Below the pieces are notes generated by a model. That model ran no database searches and was not told the DNA's origin. It saw only the letters and a list, made by a program, of their open reading frames with translations. DNA of 40,897 nt from a virus (lineage: Duplodnaviria; Caudoviricetes), in the IMG/VR virus record IMGVR_UViG_3300037634_005504, positions 1 through 40,897 of that record, one strand, 5' to 3'. The translations under genes were made by a program, and so were the position numbers. How positions within the stretch are numbered: position 1 is the first letter of the stretch; every line of letters begins with the position of its first letter. Shown piece after piece: positions 40,299 to 40,897 of the stretch.

Positions 40299-40763
40299 AT
40301 GTCTCGGACACCAAAAGGTAACAATGCTTCCGCCCTAGCAAACGGCAATCGCCTTGCTGCCGACTCGACGCACGGAGTCACCTGCTCTTTTGCAGGTGGC
40401 TGCCGTGTGTTCGACCCCAACATTTCAAAAGACCATGAAGGTCGATGGCACTGCGAGCGTCATGGTGGTGCAAACAACCACGCCCGCGCAAACGCCAAAG
40501 ACGACGATTGCCGCGACGGTCTGCCGGGTGCGGAACGTCGAGCGCGCTTCGCCCGTGTTCGTGCAAAGCAGCGTAAAGCCCGCACGTTCGCCGGTCACAT
40601 TCCGTCGTTCCTCGACCCTCGACCGGTCGCTGCGCAGCCAAAAGCCAGTAAGCCAGCACCAAAGGTTCAGGCGAAATCCCAGAAGCAACTTCGACGGGAA
40701 GCCGCGATGGCCGAACTCGGATTGAGCGAGGCAGACATTATGAAGTTCGTGGAGATCAACTAA
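40299..40763 (+). CDS. basic protein with CCCH-type zinc-binding motif
   Basis: GAGG RBS; CSFAGGC...CERH; Arg/Lys-rich C-terminal half. Confidence 0.72.
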   Translation: MSRTPKGNNASALANGNRLAADSTHGVTCSFAGGCRVFDPNISKDHEGRWHCERHGGANNHARANAKDDDCRDGLPGAERRARFARVRAKQRKARTFAGHIPSFLDPRPVAAQPKASKPAPKVQAKSQKQLRREAAMAELGLSEADIMKFVEIN

Positions 40764-40764
40764 A

Positions 40765-40897
40765 GTGTTTCGCCTTCACAGCGTATGGATTGACGGTCCT
40801 TATGCCGGGGAACACCGAACTTGGGATTTGGAGAATCTCGAGATTGCGACCCAAACGATGAATATGATGCTCTCCGGGGGCGTTTGTGCATGGATTG
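40765..40897 (+). CDS. hypothetical protein, 3'-truncated by window edge
   Basis: GTG 40765 with GGAG upstream; frame open to the window end. Confidence 0.45.
   Translation, partial: MFRLHSVWIDGPYAGEHRTWDLENLEIATQTMNMMLSGGVCAWI

Noticed and set aside
40764-40897. Possible structured ncRNA (short stems, AATCTCGAGATT palindrome)
   Set aside because: An open frame from GTG 40765 with an RBS explains the region; stems are short and the region is truncated
1-40897. Stop-codon reassignment
   Set aside because: Conserved genes are full length in code 11, and TAA, TGA and TAG all end genes at sensible positions; no suppressor tRNA in the window

Overview
A 40.9-kb segment of a large (probably jumbo) dsDNA bacteriophage genome, standard genetic code, with essentially every credible gene on the + strand. 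Left half (1-20.8 kb): replication and nucleotide genes (DnaE-type polymerase, dUTPase, IMPDH/GMP-reductase family), an L,D-transpeptidase-like enzyme, ClpP, GroEL, Hsp20, a trypsin-like and a vWA lipoprotein, a eukaryote-type phosphomannomutase, a GNAT-like/nucleotidyltransferase fusion and a Nudix hydrolase. These are interleaved with acidic proteins that share a CTA(T/A)TTA upstream motif and capsid-targeting-like termini. Right half (20.8-40.9 kb): an early-type region driven by many TTGACA/TGn-TATAAT promoters, with a probable restriction-modification pair, a GHKL ATPase, three tRNAs (Lys-UUU, Leu-UAA, Ile-UAU), a MoxR-like AAA+/vWA pair and zinc-finger proteins. The most striking element is an array of about 25 tiny, highly divergent paralogous 'MKIGDLV' KOW/SH3-like genes (27.7-33.7 kb). 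Many are chained by a conserved 14-nt start/stop overlap (RTGAAAATCGGTGA) and are interspersed with unannotated micro-peptides. Family calls rest on motif recognition by eye; no searches were run.
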